DNA of 64,000 bases from an uncultured Ignavibacteria bacterium (GTDB lineage Bacteria; Zixibacteria; MSB-5A5; CAIYYT01): the NCBI GenBank assembly GCA_964592145.1, contig CAZQBX010000003.1, positions 78,137-142,136 of the forward strand, written 5' to 3'. Position numbers and translations under genes: made by a program. The number at the start of each line of letters is the position of its first letter. The stretch's first letter is position 1. The notes beneath the pieces are model-generated. The model was not told the origin of the DNA, searched no databases, and worked only from the letters and a program-made list of their open reading frames with translations. Below, piece by piece: positions 46,848 through 57,233 of the stretch.

Positions 46848-49049
46848 TTGGGATGCGCTGATTCGATATTATTGATGCCGATGGCAAAGCGAAGTCAGGA
46901 TCTGGCAATTACAACTAAAGACCGCGTAGTCGCGTCGGCTATCGTCTTTGTAGTTGCTCTGGCGCTGCGGCTAATCTATCTCAATGCAGCCGAGAGCATA
47001 CCGACTTTTGGTTATCTCACTTTTGATTTGCTGCACTTCCACAACTTAGCAGTAGCGATGATTAAAGACGGATTGATCGGCCACGAGGCGGTATTCAAGG
47101 CTCCCCTTTATTCCCTGGCATTGGCGCAGATCTACAGTATTTCCAGTAATCCTATTTTCCAGACTCTGGTTCTCCAGTGCATCCTGGGCTCGATGTCGGC
47201 TGTTCTGATTTATTTGATCTCAAGCCACTATTACTCGCAACGTTTGTCGTTGACAGCCGGGATGATTGCCGCGTTTTACGGTACTCTCATTTATTATGAC
47301 ACTGAATTGCTTCCGGTCAGCCTGACCGTTTTTCTGATACTGGCGGCAATCTACTTGTTGTTAAGGTACGAACAGGTCCACAGGATAATATTCATCGCGG
47401 GCGCCGGGGTTGCATTGGCGTTGGCCGGAGCCGCCACTCCAGAGACACTGATTCTCTTGCCCGTGGCGGGATGGTGGATCTATCGCGATGGTGCGGAGAA
47501 GAAGAAGTTCCGCGGACGTCATTGCCTGATTCTCGCGTTGACGGTGGCGTTAGCGACCGTACCGTTCATCATTCGGAATAATGCGCTGGGCGGTGAGACT
47601 GTTCCTTATGTGACGGACATTGGCGTACGCACGGCGATCGCCAATCAAGCCGGAGCTGATGGACGAGCCTTTGCGTTGCCAAATGGGATTCGTGAGTCGG
47701 GACAGAGCTATGTGAATGCGCACGAAGCCACACATCGCACTCGCGGCAACGAGGCGGCAACATCCGAGATGGGTGGATTCTGGCTAAGACACGCTCTCGG
47801 ATATGTATTGAGTAATCCGATTGATTGGGTCACGCTTGAGTTGCGGAAACTTGCATGCTTTATCAGCGGCTACGAGATTTCAACTGATCGGCCCATCTAC
47901 TTCATGGCAGGTGAGCGAATGCCGCTGCGGGTGTTGCTCTTTGACAAATTCATCTCTATCCCGTTCGGCTTGATTCTACCATTTGCCTTGCTGGCGCCGT
48001 TGGTGGCAGGTGATCCGAAGCGCCGGCAGAGACTGCTGATCTGGTCAATGGTTGCGCTGTTGGGGGTGTCGATGCTATTCAACGCGTTTGCTTATCAACG
48101 AATTTTACTTGTGCCATTTGTGATCATCTGGGCGGCGGCCGGATTCTGGGGGTTGGTGACACTTTATCGGAAGCAGGAATTTCGCCGGTTCTACACGTGG
48201 TTAAGCGTACTGGTTACTGCGATAGTAGTGGTGAACGGTATCGCCAAAATTCCGGGACTCGTGCCCACGATTAACTCGGAGTTTGAGGGCAAGATGTATA
48301 CGGCAAACGCTCTGTTGACAGCTAACCGTCTTGATGAAGCCAAGGACAATTATGAAGCGGCGTTACGCATTGATCCGCGTTCTCCGCGTCCCTACAACAG
48401 CCTGGCAAATATCTACAGCCAGAAGGGCAATGATTCGCTGGCGACAGTGTTTTACAATCGCGCAATCGGCGTCGACCCGGCCGATGACCGACCCCTTCGG
48501 AGTTTGGCAAATCTCTTGAAACGACGCCAGAAGTTGGGTGAATTGAATCATCTACTTGTTGGTGTGATGCGGCAGTTTCCGAAAGCGAACTGGGCATACC
48601 ATGAATATGCTCAACTGCATATCAAATTGAAAGAGTTCACGCAAGCGGCGGACATTTACGAGCGCTCATTTGCGGCCGATTCAACGGACTTCGAGTCAAT
48701 CTTTCTGAAAGGTGAGACGTACTTGATGGCTGATATGCGCCAGGAAGCGGAAGCGGAATTCCTGCGTTACCTGCAATATGCCCCAAACTCTGTGCCGGCC
48801 CGGGCTAATCTCGGCCAGGTTTATGCTCGCCAACAGCGAATCGACGAGGCGCGCCGCGAGTTTGAGTTTGTTCGCGAACAACAACCGGGTAATCCGGCAA
48901 CTTACTTCAATCTGGCTTCGCTCTTCTATCAGACTAACGAACTGGCACGCGCGGCAAGTTATCTGGACACTGCAGCCGCGATGGACCGCAGTTTCCCGGG
49001 GCTTGAGGAAATGCGCAGGATGATTGACTCCGCGCGAGTCAGTCAATAA
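46848..49049 (+). CDS. Integral membrane glycosyltransferase-family-39/ArnT-like N-terminal domain fused to C-terminal TPR repeats
   Basis: About 12 TM in the first 450 aa; C-terminal TPR motifs (ANLGQVYARQQRIDEARREFEFV, NLASLFYQTNELARAASYL). Confidence 0.5.
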   Translation: MGCADSILLMPMAKRSQDLAITTKDRVVASAIVFVVALALRLIYLNAAESIPTFGYLTFDLLHFHNLAVAMIKDGLIGHEAVFKAPLYSLALAQIYSISSNPIFQTLVLQCILGSMSAVLIYLISSHYYSQRLSLTAGMIAAFYGTLIYYDTELLPVSLTVFLILAAIYLLLRYEQVHRIIFIAGAGVALALAGAATPETLILLPVAGWWIYRDGAEKKKFRGRHCLILALTVALATVPFIIRNNALGGETVPYVTDIGVRTAIANQAGADGRAFALPNGIRESGQSYVNAHEATHRTRGNEAATSEMGGFWLRHALGYVLSNPIDWVTLELRKLACFISGYEISTDRPIYFMAGERMPLRVLLFDKFISIPFGLILPFALLAPLVAGDPKRRQRLLIWSMVALLGVSMLFNAFAYQRILLVPFVIIWAAAGFWGLVTLYRKQEFRRFYTWLSVLVTAIVVVNGIAKIPGLVPTINSEFEGKMYTANALLTANRLDEAKDNYEAALRIDPRSPRPYNSLANIYSQKGNDSLATVFYNRAIGVDPADDRPLRSLANLLKRRQKLGELNHLLVGVMRQFPKANWAYHEYAQLHIKLKEFTQAADIYERSFAADSTDFESIFLKGETYLMADMRQEAEAEFLRYLQYAPNSVPARANLGQVYARQQRIDEARREFEFVREQQPGNPATYFNLASLFYQTNELARAASYLDTAAAMDRSFPGLEEMRRMIDSARVSQ

Positions 49050-49076
49050 TAAGCGTTGCCAGTCGACGAACCAGCG

Positions 49077-50183
49077 TTAGTCGGCTTTCCAGCCGATTCC
49101 CCAGGAGTCCAGCCCAACCTCAATTGAGTCGATGACTTTAAGCGTCGCAATATCAATTTCGTACATGTACCCGTGTTTGGGCGGTTGTCCGGAGGCGGCG
49201 ACGTAGATGCGTTTGTCATCGCCAGACAAAGCCACGCCAAAAGGATGGCCGGCGCCAATCGGAATTTCGGCGGCTACACGGCGCTGAACGAGATCGACAA
49301 TCACAACCGTGTTACCCCATTTGGTCGTCAAGAACAGGTAGTTGCCGTTGTGCGAATGGTGGATCATCGCCGGACCGGAAGTTGAGATTCCGGGCGTCAC
49401 TGGTATATCAATCGAATCGATGATCTGCCGCGAGTAGATGTCGAGAATGCGGACCTGGTGGGCGTAAAGGCAGGAGATGTATGCCTTCTGCAAATGATGG
49501 TCGACAGCGACGCAATAGGGTCCATAGCGTGGATTTGCCGGGTCTGATTGCTGGCCGGGATCGATCGGCACGAACGTGACGGAGTCCTCGTCGGTGTAGA
49601 TTAGGGTGATGTCATCAGAACGCAGATTGCAGGCGACGATTACCTTGCCATCGGTTGTGCTTAGTATCTCATGCGTCTGTGCGCCGGATTGGATCTTCTT
49701 CTCAACTGCCATCGTGGCGAGATTTACTTTATAGATATGTCCGCGCTCGGTACCGGCAGTGTAGTCACACATGTAGCCGTATTGACCATCGGTGGTGATG
49801 CACATTCCGGCCGGAATGACGCTGCGCTGATTGGCAAAGACGGCCTTGGCTGCGGAAGTCAGATCGAAGTCAGAGATGAACTCATCGGTGGCAGCATCGA
49901 ATTTCGCAATCTTGCCGGAGAGGTCGACAGTCATGATGTAGTAATATTGTCTGTCGGGCGTGAAGGAAATGTAGTGCGGCTTGGCGATGTGGGAATCGAC
50001 AGTTTTGATTTTGGTCATAGTCTTGGTGTCGAATACGTAGATAGTGGCGTCCGCCTGGTTCAGGACATAGAGTTTGCCGGCAGGGCCAAGTACCGGGTCC
50101 GGGCTGTCGCTCCCCTTGTCGCCACATCCGATGATTGCCGTCAAGGTTAACAAAAAGGTGAAGATCGAAAGTGAATAGCGCAT
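49077..50183 (-). CDS. Lipoprotein with YVTN-type beta-propeller repeats
   Basis: Lipobox (LTAIIGCG); repeated GKLYVLNQADATIYVFD / KRIYVAASG-type blades. Confidence 0.45.
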   Translation of the reverse strand: MRYSLSIFTFLLTLTAIIGCGDKGSDSPDPVLGPAGKLYVLNQADATIYVFDTKTMTKIKTVDSHIAKPHYISFTPDRQYYYIMTVDLSGKIAKFDAATDEFISDFDLTSAAKAVFANQRSVIPAGMCITTDGQYGYMCDYTAGTERGHIYKVNLATMAVEKKIQSGAQTHEILSTTDGKVIVACNLRSDDITLIYTDEDSVTFVPIDPGQQSDPANPRYGPYCVAVDHHLQKAYISCLYAHQVRILDIYSRQIIDSIDIPVTPGISTSGPAMIHHSHNGNYLFLTTKWGNTVVIVDLVQRRVAAEIPIGAGHPFGVALSGDDKRIYVAASGQPPKHGYMYEIDIATLKVIDSIEVGLDSWGIGWKAD

Positions 50184-50246
50184 CAGTAACTGACTCCAAA
50201 TTGAGGATTGTTGCACTCTATGTTATACGCCGCAGCTGGGGATTTG

Positions 50247-52280
50247 TCAAGTCCCGGCGCAAGTCGCGCAAGGCGCCGGTCCGCCGGCAAAAATATAATT
50301 GATGAGAAAGACAGCATCAGAAATGTTGACCGATCCAGTGCAATTCGCGTCGCCGCTCAATATCGGCGCCGGCGCGGTTCCGCCGCCAAAGATGTAATTG
50401 ATAATGCGAACAGCATCGGAAATGGTGATCAAGTTTGTGGCATCGGCGTCCCCGGCGAGGTACTGAACTCCGCCATCCTTGCGGAAGAAATTGACACCGC
50501 CGTCTTCTTCGCCAAGGATTAGATCCAGATCACCATCGGAGTCGAGGTCGCCGCGTGACATGGCGGTTCGCCAACCGACATCGCTTCCGGGTATCAGGTC
50601 GGGTTGTATCAGCAGAGTAAGCGAGTCGGGGAAGGTGTTTCCCATCGCAATATTCCGGTACCACGTGAGCCCGAGGAGGCGGTTGCCAACGATTAGGTCG
50701 ATCTTGCCATCCTGGTCCCAGTCGGCGGCACTGGGTATGGTAAAATCACGAGCCGACTTCTTTATCAGAAATTTCGTGACCAAGGTCAGAGCGGGGTTTC
50801 CCACCGAGCCGGTGTTTTCGTACAGCTGGATGTTGGCGGAACCATTGAAGTCCCATTCACCGACGACTAAATCCTTCAGCCCATCATTGTCAAGATCGAC
50901 CGGTACCGGCACAGCAAGCTGGTCGGTCTTAATTCCAGCGAGCTGACTGGTAACGACAACAAAGGCCGGGGTGCATTCATCGCCATCGTTGCGCCAATGT
51001 TGAATGAATCCATTTTCGTTTCCGATCAGTAAATCCAGGTCACCATCGGAGTCCCAGTCGACAAATGCCGGCATCGCCGAAAGTCCGACGTCGATGCCGC
51101 CGAAATTGGCAGTCACGCGAGTCAGCACGGGTTGCTGGCGGCTGCCGGTGTTTTCAAAAAACGCGATCATACCATCGCCACCACCCACAAACAGGTCCAA
51201 ATCGCCATCGCCGTTGATATCCGCCAGTGCGGGAAAGGCACTTCGACCGACGTCGATATTGTCAATCAGGTTCTGTTGTTCCAATACGAAGTTGGCGCTG
51301 GCGGCAGAGCCGGTATTCCGAAGAAATTTCAAATTGTCGATGAACTCGCCATTTGCCGGCGCCAAAATCATATCGAGGTCGCCATCGTTGTCGACATCGG
51401 CCAGCGGAGCATGATTAAACCCGATCGTTGAATAGACCGGAGAGAGATAGCTGTCGGTTTGATAAGTGAAATCCGAGAGCGCCGGGGTGCCGAGGTTCTC
51501 GAACAAGTAGAGGTTCGTATTGAACAGGTCGCCCCAGATTAAGTCATGATCGTTATCGTTATCAATATCGGCGAAGTTGATTGCGCTGAACCCGTGTTGC
51601 GGTTGCGTCGGTTTGTTGAGACCACCGCCTCCTCCTGGGAAGGCAAGGATGCTGTCATAGAACGTCGACTGAAGAGAAAACTGCGGTACAGCTGCGGAAC
51701 CGATATTACGGTAGAAGACCAGCTGCCCGCCGGGGTCGCCGACAAAGAAATCGAGGTCGTTGTCATTATCAATGTCAACCAGCGCAGGGGTGTTATTGAC
51801 ACCGGTGGTAATGCTATCCAGATCTGAATCGACTGCAACAAAGTCAAGATTGCTGCCGACGCTTTGATTGCGATACAGAACCACACCATTGCTGTTGTTG
51901 TCGCACAGCAGATCAAGGTCACCGTCGTCGTCGATGTCGGCCAATCGATGCCAAGTGCCAATATTGATGCCGGCAAAGCGATCGGTCACTGGTGTCCAGC
52001 TTGGAACTGTCGGAGAACCGGTATTGCGTAAGTAACAGAGTTTTCCGCTGGCTTCGCCAATGAACAAGTCGATGAGGAGGTCTTGATCGAAGTCTACCAA
52101 TGATGGTTTAGGATTATTGATGCCGCCCCAGAAGGGGTACAGAAGAGTGTCGCCACCAAGGATGACGGGAAAAGGATTAGTCTCTTGGGAGTATTGGGCG
52201 GAGAGATTTCCAAAAGTCACCAGCAACCAGGTGATAGTCAGAAGACTGCAATACTGGAGTCGGGTAATAGTCGTCCTCAT
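50247..52280 (-). CDS. Secreted FG-GAP/VCBS (integrin-alpha-like) repeat protein with C-terminal dockerin-like double Ca-binding module
   Basis: At least 7 DxDxDGxxDxxxG loops (DIDNDNDLDFFVGD, DVDNDGDLDMILA, DINGDGDLDLFVGG, DWDSDGDLDLLIGN...). C-terminal GDADATNLITISDAVRIINYIFGG + GDANCTGSVNISDAVFLINYIFAGG resembles dockerin type I. Start set at MRTTI, which gives a signal peptide. Confidence 0.7.
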   Translation of the reverse strand: MRTTITRLQYCSLLTITWLLVTFGNLSAQYSQETNPFPVILGGDTLLYPFWGGINNPKPSLVDFDQDLLIDLFIGEASGKLCYLRNTGSPTVPSWTPVTDRFAGINIGTWHRLADIDDDGDLDLLCDNNSNGVVLYRNQSVGSNLDFVAVDSDLDSITTGVNNTPALVDIDNDNDLDFFVGDPGGQLVFYRNIGSAAVPQFSLQSTFYDSILAFPGGGGGLNKPTQPQHGFSAINFADIDNDNDHDLIWGDLFNTNLYLFENLGTPALSDFTYQTDSYLSPVYSTIGFNHAPLADVDNDGDLDMILAPANGEFIDNLKFLRNTGSAASANFVLEQQNLIDNIDVGRSAFPALADINGDGDLDLFVGGGDGMIAFFENTGSRQQPVLTRVTANFGGIDVGLSAMPAFVDWDSDGDLDLLIGNENGFIQHWRNDGDECTPAFVVVTSQLAGIKTDQLAVPVPVDLDNDGLKDLVVGEWDFNGSANIQLYENTGSVGNPALTLVTKFLIKKSARDFTIPSAADWDQDGKIDLIVGNRLLGLTWYRNIAMGNTFPDSLTLLIQPDLIPGSDVGWRTAMSRGDLDSDGDLDLILGEEDGGVNFFRKDGGVQYLAGDADATNLITISDAVRIINYIFGGGTAPAPILSGDANCTGSVNISDAVFLINYIFAGGPAPCATCAGT

Positions 52281-52397
52281 TCTGGTTAGTGTTTCGGCAC
52301 AAGCGGTCGAGTAAGCAAGTAAGTTATACCAATATAGTCGATCTTGGTGATTTGTCAATCGGGGGAGTTGCACGTCAAGCGAACTCCCCCAGGACTA

Positions 52398-53178
52398 TTA
52401 GAATATTTCCGCGAAGAAGTCTTTCATCGCCTGCCAGGAGCGCTTGTCAGCTTTCTCATTGTAGGCGGCGCCTTTGGAATTGTCGTTTCCTGCTTCGTTT
52501 TGTGTGAACGCGTGAACGGCACCGCTGTAGGCAATAAACTGATAGTCGGCACCGGCTGCTCGCATCTCGTCCAGAAAACCTTCGACGTCTTTCATAGGAA
52601 CAAACGGATCGTCGGCACCATGACAAACAAGGATCTTTGCGGGGATTCTGCCGGCCGTCGCGGGCAAAGTGGTGGTGAGGCTGCCATGGAAGGAAACGAC
52701 GCCGGCAATGTTCGCGCCACTGCGTGCAAGTTCCAGGGCTGCGCCGCCTCCGAAGCAGTAGCCGATCGCAGCCACGCGTTTCGGATCGACGTTTGGATTT
52801 TTGAGCAGGATTTGTAGCCCGGCATTAATTCGTTCACGAAAGAGCGGCAGGTCCTTGCGATACTTACCAGCTTCGGCACCGGCTGCGCTGCTTTCTTTGG
52901 GTCTGATACCCTTGCCGTAAATATCAACGGCGAAAGCGACATAACCTAATTCCGCCAGCATGTTGGCGCGCATCTTCTCATTATCGGTCAAGCCCAGCCA
53001 TTGGTGGATCACGAGAACACCGGGGCGCTGTCCCTTGATCGCGTCGTCATAGACGAGGTAACCTTCCAGAACGGTCTCGCCCTGCTTGTATTCCACAAAT
53101 TCGCTCTTAATCGCTGCTGCAGTAGGAATTGACAGAATTGCCGCCAGTCCCAGGGCTAACATCATGATTTTCATCATT
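52398..53178 (-). CDS. Secreted dienelactone-hydrolase-family alpha/beta hydrolase
   Basis: Signal peptide MMKIMMLALGLAAILSIPTAAA after a GGAGGA RBS; nucleophile elbow IGYCFGGGAALELA; VLVIHQWLGL; catalytic His near the C-terminus (HAFTQ). Confidence 0.7.
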
Positions 53179-53278
53179 CCTCCAAAAAAATACTCTTCCA
53201 TGTAACCAATTTCCCGTAATTTCGTCATAGCTTGTACGATAGAAGTTGAGGAGTTGTAGCATATACATGGAGCAACAA

Positions 53279-53770
53279 ATGCGACTTTTAGGTTATTGCA
53301 TATTCGCCCTGCTAATTGCATCTTCGACAGCAGTGGCCGCTGAGAAGACGGCACTGGCGAAGCCGTCGCAGACGGCCTTGCTGAACTTGTCGTGGCTGAT
53401 CGGAAGTTGGAAGTCGACGATGGGAAGTAATTCTGTGTACGAGTCGTGGCAAGCGGACTCGGCCGGGAGATATCGAGGAATGGGATTCAGCTTGAATGGC
53501 AAGGATACGGTGATATCGGAACGTCTGGCGATTGCAGCGACAGATTCAGGACTGTACTACATTTCCGATGTCGCGCACAATCCGGCGCCGGTCTATTTTA
53601 AGATGACCCGCCAGGATTCCGCGACAACGGTGTTTGAGAACCCAAAGCATGATTTTCCGACGCGTATTATCTATCACCAGATTACGGCAGATTCGTTGCA
53701 CGCCAGAATCGAGGGCTTGCGCAAGGGGAAAGAAGCCGGCGTTGATTTTGTATTTGGGCGCGTGAAGTAA
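53279..53770 (+). CDS. Hypothetical exported protein
   Basis: Signal peptide MRLLGYCIFALLIASSTAVAA; GGAG RBS 6 nt upstream; no family recognised. Confidence 0.4.
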   Translation: MRLLGYCIFALLIASSTAVAAEKTALAKPSQTALLNLSWLIGSWKSTMGSNSVYESWQADSAGRYRGMGFSLNGKDTVISERLAIAATDSGLYYISDVAHNPAPVYFKMTRQDSATTVFENPKHDFPTRIIYHQITADSLHARIEGLRKGKEAGVDFVFGRVK

Positions 53771-53816
53771 CGTAGACAAAACGCTCCCGTGCGACTATCT
53801 TGTAGCCGGCCCGCTG

Positions 53817-54461
53817 GTGGGCAAGATGTTACAGGCTTCAACTACTCTGGCTCGGAAGGCAATTTTGGCAGGACAGAAACGAACAAACAAGAAGGCAAAA
53901 TCGGCACCAACGCGCACTCAGCGACCAGGGCTGAAGCGCTACCTGATTCTTGGTGCGATCGGGATTGTCGGCGCGGTCGCGGTGGTTTTCCTCACGCGCG
54001 ATAATGGCAAGTCCGGAATTTCGACTAGTACAGGCAGACAGGAAACGGGAATTCAGGCTCCGATGCGAACGGAGTTTCTCAAAGAAGGGATACTCTCATT
54101 CTATACTGCAGAGGGAGAGTACATCGCGACCATTGATATAGAGCTGGCAGAGGCATTTGAAGAACGGCGCTTGGGGATGATGTTTCGAACCACAATGGAA
54201 GAGAATCAAGGCATGTTTTTTATCTGGCCAACCGATGTCCAACAATCCTTCTGGATGAAGAACACGATTCTGCCACTCGATATGATTTTCATTAATTCAA
54301 ACAATGAAATTGTCACGATTCATAAGAATACAACGCCTTATGCAGAGACGCAGTATCCCTCAACACGTCCGGCGCAATTTGTTCTTGAAGTGAACGCGGG
54401 GTATTGTGACAGAGTCGGCATCAGTGAAGGTGGCAAAATCGGTTGGATGCGCACCAATTAA
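53817..54461 (+). CDS. DUF192-family protein (membrane-anchored)
   Basis: MFFIWPTDVQQSFWMKNTILPLDMIFINSNNEIV...QFVLEVNAG core typical of DUF192/COG1430. Confidence 0.65.
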   Translation: MGKMLQASTTLARKAILAGQKRTNKKAKSAPTRTQRPGLKRYLILGAIGIVGAVAVVFLTRDNGKSGISTSTGRQETGIQAPMRTEFLKEGILSFYTAEGEYIATIDIELAEAFEERRLGMMFRTTMEENQGMFFIWPTDVQQSFWMKNTILPLDMIFINSNNEIVTIHKNTTPYAETQYPSTRPAQFVLEVNAGYCDRVGISEGGKIGWMRTN

Positions 54462-54475
54462 AGCGAGGTGGTATT

Positions 54476-55099
54476 TTGGCAAAAACAGACCCAAGAGTTG
54501 ACGCATATATCTCCAAGTCGGCGGATTTCGCCAAGCCGATTCTGAAGCATCTGCGCCGGCTGGTTCATCAAGCATGCCCGGATGTCCAAGAAACGATGAA
54601 GTGGAGCTTTCCGCATTTCGAGCACAAGGGGGTACTTTGCTTCATGTCAGCATTCAAGCAACATTGTGCTTTCGGGTTCTGGAGATCCAGTGTGTTGTCG
54701 GAAACGGCTGCGAAGGTCAATTCAAGTAATACCAAAGCCATGGGGCAGTTCGGCCGGATCACAAGTTTGGAGGATCTACCGAGTGACCGGCAAATGCTGT
54801 CACTAATCAAGCAGGCAGTCAAGTTCAATGAATCGGGTTTAAAGGCGAACCGGCGTGTCGTCAAGTCGGCATCCAAGCCGGTCAAAGTGCCTGACTATTT
54901 TGTCGCGGCATTACGGCGAGACAAGAAGGCATTGACGGTGTTTCAAAATTTCAGTCCAAGTCACAAGCGGGAATACATTGAGTGGGTGACCGGGGCAAAA
55001 AGCGACGAGACGAGGGAACGGCGTTTAGCTCAGGCAATTGAGTGGATGGCGGAAGGCAAGTCGCGAAACTGGAAATACACTCGACGCAAAGCGACTTGA
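54476..55099 (+). CDS. DUF1801 (YdhG-like) plus YdeI/OmpD-associated C-terminal domain protein
   Basis: DPRVDAYISKSADFAKPILKHLRRLVHQACPDVQETMKWSFPHF (DUF1801); C-terminal PDYFVAALRRDKKALTVFQNFSPSHKREYIEWV. Start moved to TTG 54476 after an AGGTGG RBS, because the 54443 TTG lies inside the upstream gene. Confidence 0.55.
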   Translation: MAKTDPRVDAYISKSADFAKPILKHLRRLVHQACPDVQETMKWSFPHFEHKGVLCFMSAFKQHCAFGFWRSSVLSETAAKVNSSNTKAMGQFGRITSLEDLPSDRQMLSLIKQAVKFNESGLKANRRVVKSASKPVKVPDYFVAALRRDKKALTVFQNFSPSHKREYIEWVTGAKSDETRERRLAQAIEWMAEGKSRNWKYTRRKAT

Positions 55100-55118
55100 G
55101 GACCAATAAGTCCGTAGC

Positions 55119-56321
55119 CTAAACCAGATGCTTGCCGCCGTCGAAGTAACCCTTGACGGCGCTGCGATTGGCCTGCAACCACGCGGGATCCCACTTTACA
55201 ATACCGAACGCTTCCGACATGAACTCTTCGCGCGCCCCGCGGATCTTATCATCATCTTTAGCGGCTTCAGCCTTGGTCCTTTCATCCCGCGAATATGGAG
55301 TGACGGTAGCCTGACCTTTTGATGCTGTCTTGAATTCCTTCATCATCTTCGTTTCCTTGATGTCGGTGAAAGCCTTGTTCGTCTTCTGCGCAGCATCCAT
55401 TTTCGATTCGAGATCCTTGACGTCAGCTTTGAATTTCGTCTTATCCGTTGCCGAGAGGCCGGCTTCGGTCGTGGTGAAGCTGAATGAACCGTCGGCATTT
55501 GTGGTCTCCGAATAATTGTTCGGGAACGTACTGCGCAGATGCGCGCGCTGGGCATCGATATCACGCTGCGCCTGTTGATCTTTCTGTTCAAGTTGCCGCA
55601 CTTCGAGAAAGGCGAGTACGTGGGCGGCCTCGTGAAAGATGACGTGGCTGCAGTTCGGCAGCAGTTTTGCAGGATCGGGACCGAGACACAAAAGTGCGCC
55701 ATTGACCATGCCCTCGTTGAAAACCTCGACGGTATGGGCCGACTGATCGTAATGCCCGCCGACATCATTGCCGGTTCCAGTGGTGCCGCGGGACACTTTC
55801 AGGTCTTTCATCCGCTCGAGTTCTTTATCAGTCAGAACATTAAGAGACATTTTGACGGCGGACGCCTCGTCTCCGCTGAAGCCGTTGACAGAGATGTTGA
55901 AGCCGTTGAGGCGCTTGTCGATTGCCGTGATGGCGGCACTGTCGGGAAGGCTGTTCGTCGGTGCGCCGACCTTGATCAGGTCGATTTCATTATTCGCCTT
56001 GAGAACGCCGGTACAGATGAAGGTGGTCAGAGTAGGACTGCCTTTACCACCTGTAGCGGGAGTCTCGATGATAATGTGGAAGGTTCGGCGCAGGTTGACC
56101 GGTTTGTCAGTCGGTTTCGAGAAGCAGAATTTTGCCAGAAGCTTCTCTTTGTCAGTGAAGCTTGTTCCGATGAAGTTGACTTTGGCGCCGAAGGTCACAT
56201 CGCTGGGTAAGGAACTTTCCTCTACCTTGCCGGAACTGATCACCGAGGTAGCGACCATCGGAGGATCGACCGTGACTTTTGTGTTTGATCCTGATTTGCC
56301 TTGTCCGTCTTCGCCAGCCAT
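55119..56321 (-). CDS. Hypothetical protein with HExxH zinc-metallopeptidase motif (HEAAH); possibly a DUF4157-like toxin-associated peptidase domain
   Basis: NCSHVIFHEAAHVLAF preceded by HTVEVFNEGMVNG; Lys/Glu-rich C-terminal half; last gene of the PAAR-led co-directional cluster. Confidence 0.4.
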   Translation of the reverse strand: MAGEDGQGKSGSNTKVTVDPPMVATSVISSGKVEESSLPSDVTFGAKVNFIGTSFTDKEKLLAKFCFSKPTDKPVNLRRTFHIIIETPATGGKGSPTLTTFICTGVLKANNEIDLIKVGAPTNSLPDSAAITAIDKRLNGFNISVNGFSGDEASAVKMSLNVLTDKELERMKDLKVSRGTTGTGNDVGGHYDQSAHTVEVFNEGMVNGALLCLGPDPAKLLPNCSHVIFHEAAHVLAFLEVRQLEQKDQQAQRDIDAQRAHLRSTFPNNYSETTNADGSFSFTTTEAGLSATDKTKFKADVKDLESKMDAAQKTNKAFTDIKETKMMKEFKTASKGQATVTPYSRDERTKAEAAKDDDKIRGAREEFMSEAFGIVKWDPAWLQANRSAVKGYFDGGKHLV

Positions 56322-56347
56322 CTATCTTCCTTGAGATTGGTGAGTCG

Positions 56348-57220
56348 TCATTCTTCCAGAATCGTTAGCTTGTATGGCCCGGGCGGCATGTCGTCGAAGT
56401 GCGCACGCCCTTCATCGTCAAGTGTTCCGTTTTCGCTGGCGCCATTGGGAAGATCGATCTTGAATCTGCGGTTGCTTAGCGGTGTTCCGTCGTTAAAAGT
56501 CACGAGCAGGTCAATATGATCTTTGAATTTGAGGAGCCCTGACTCTTGTTTTTTGCCGATTTCTGTTTCGCCGATCTTTACCGTGAAGAAGTATTCTGGG
56601 AAACGATAAGCACCGCCGAACTTGGACATATCTTCATCGGTCGCAATATCGTCGGTGTCTTCGCTGTATTGGTATTCCCAGAGGATGTCGATCTTTTCGG
56701 ATTTGACGCGGACCGGAATCTCGACGATTCTGTCGTGAGCGCCATCGGCATCAAATTCGTAGATCGTGATCAGGGCGTCGGTATCATCGATAGCATTGCG
56801 AATATCTGCTTTGATGTTCACGAAGTCGCCGCGACGGGCCACGTCGCTGCCCCACTGCAAACCGGAGACTTTGATTTCCGGCATTACCATGATCTTGAAT
56901 GAGTCGCCTTTGAGTCCGTGCTTCGGCAAGCTTGCTTCGAAGTAGATCATCTCGTCGGTTTTGGCAGAAGCCGGAATGTTCACTGTCCCGCGGAACTTAT
57001 TTCTAATGATCAGTCCTTCTGACTTGCCGAGCGTTTTGCCCTGGTCTGACTTGGCGGTAATCTTCACAGGCGCGCCGTCGCCGACGCAAAGCGTGCCGAC
57101 CTCAAGACCAGCCTGCATACCGGCATAAGCGATCTGCTGTGTCCATTCGGCATATATAAATGCTGACTCGAGCTTGATCTGGTGTTTTTGATCCGATGAC
57201 TTTGAGAATTTCAAATCCAT
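56348..57220 (-). CDS. Hypothetical protein (beta-rich, acidic)
   Basis: No motif recognised; co-transcribed position inside the PAAR cluster. Confidence 0.4.
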   Translation of the reverse strand: MDLKFSKSSDQKHQIKLESAFIYAEWTQQIAYAGMQAGLEVGTLCVGDGAPVKITAKSDQGKTLGKSEGLIIRNKFRGTVNIPASAKTDEMIYFEASLPKHGLKGDSFKIMVMPEIKVSGLQWGSDVARRGDFVNIKADIRNAIDDTDALITIYEFDADGAHDRIVEIPVRVKSEKIDILWEYQYSEDTDDIATDEDMSKFGGAYRFPEYFFTVKIGETEIGKKQESGLLKFKDHIDLLVTFNDGTPLSNRRFKIDLPNGASENGTLDDEGRAHFDDMPPGPYKLTILEE

Positions 57221-57233
57221 ATTTCGTGCCCGG

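Noticed and set aside
53179-53354. Upstream extension of the dienelactone hydrolase ORF to 53354, and a possible A-homopolymer frame discrepancy near 53185-53190
   Set aside because: The signal peptide and GGAGGA RBS at MMKIMML fix the biological start at about 53178. By hand count the printed A-run is 6 A's, which would break the upstream extension that the ORF track shows as continuous. I could not resolve this discrepancy with certainty.
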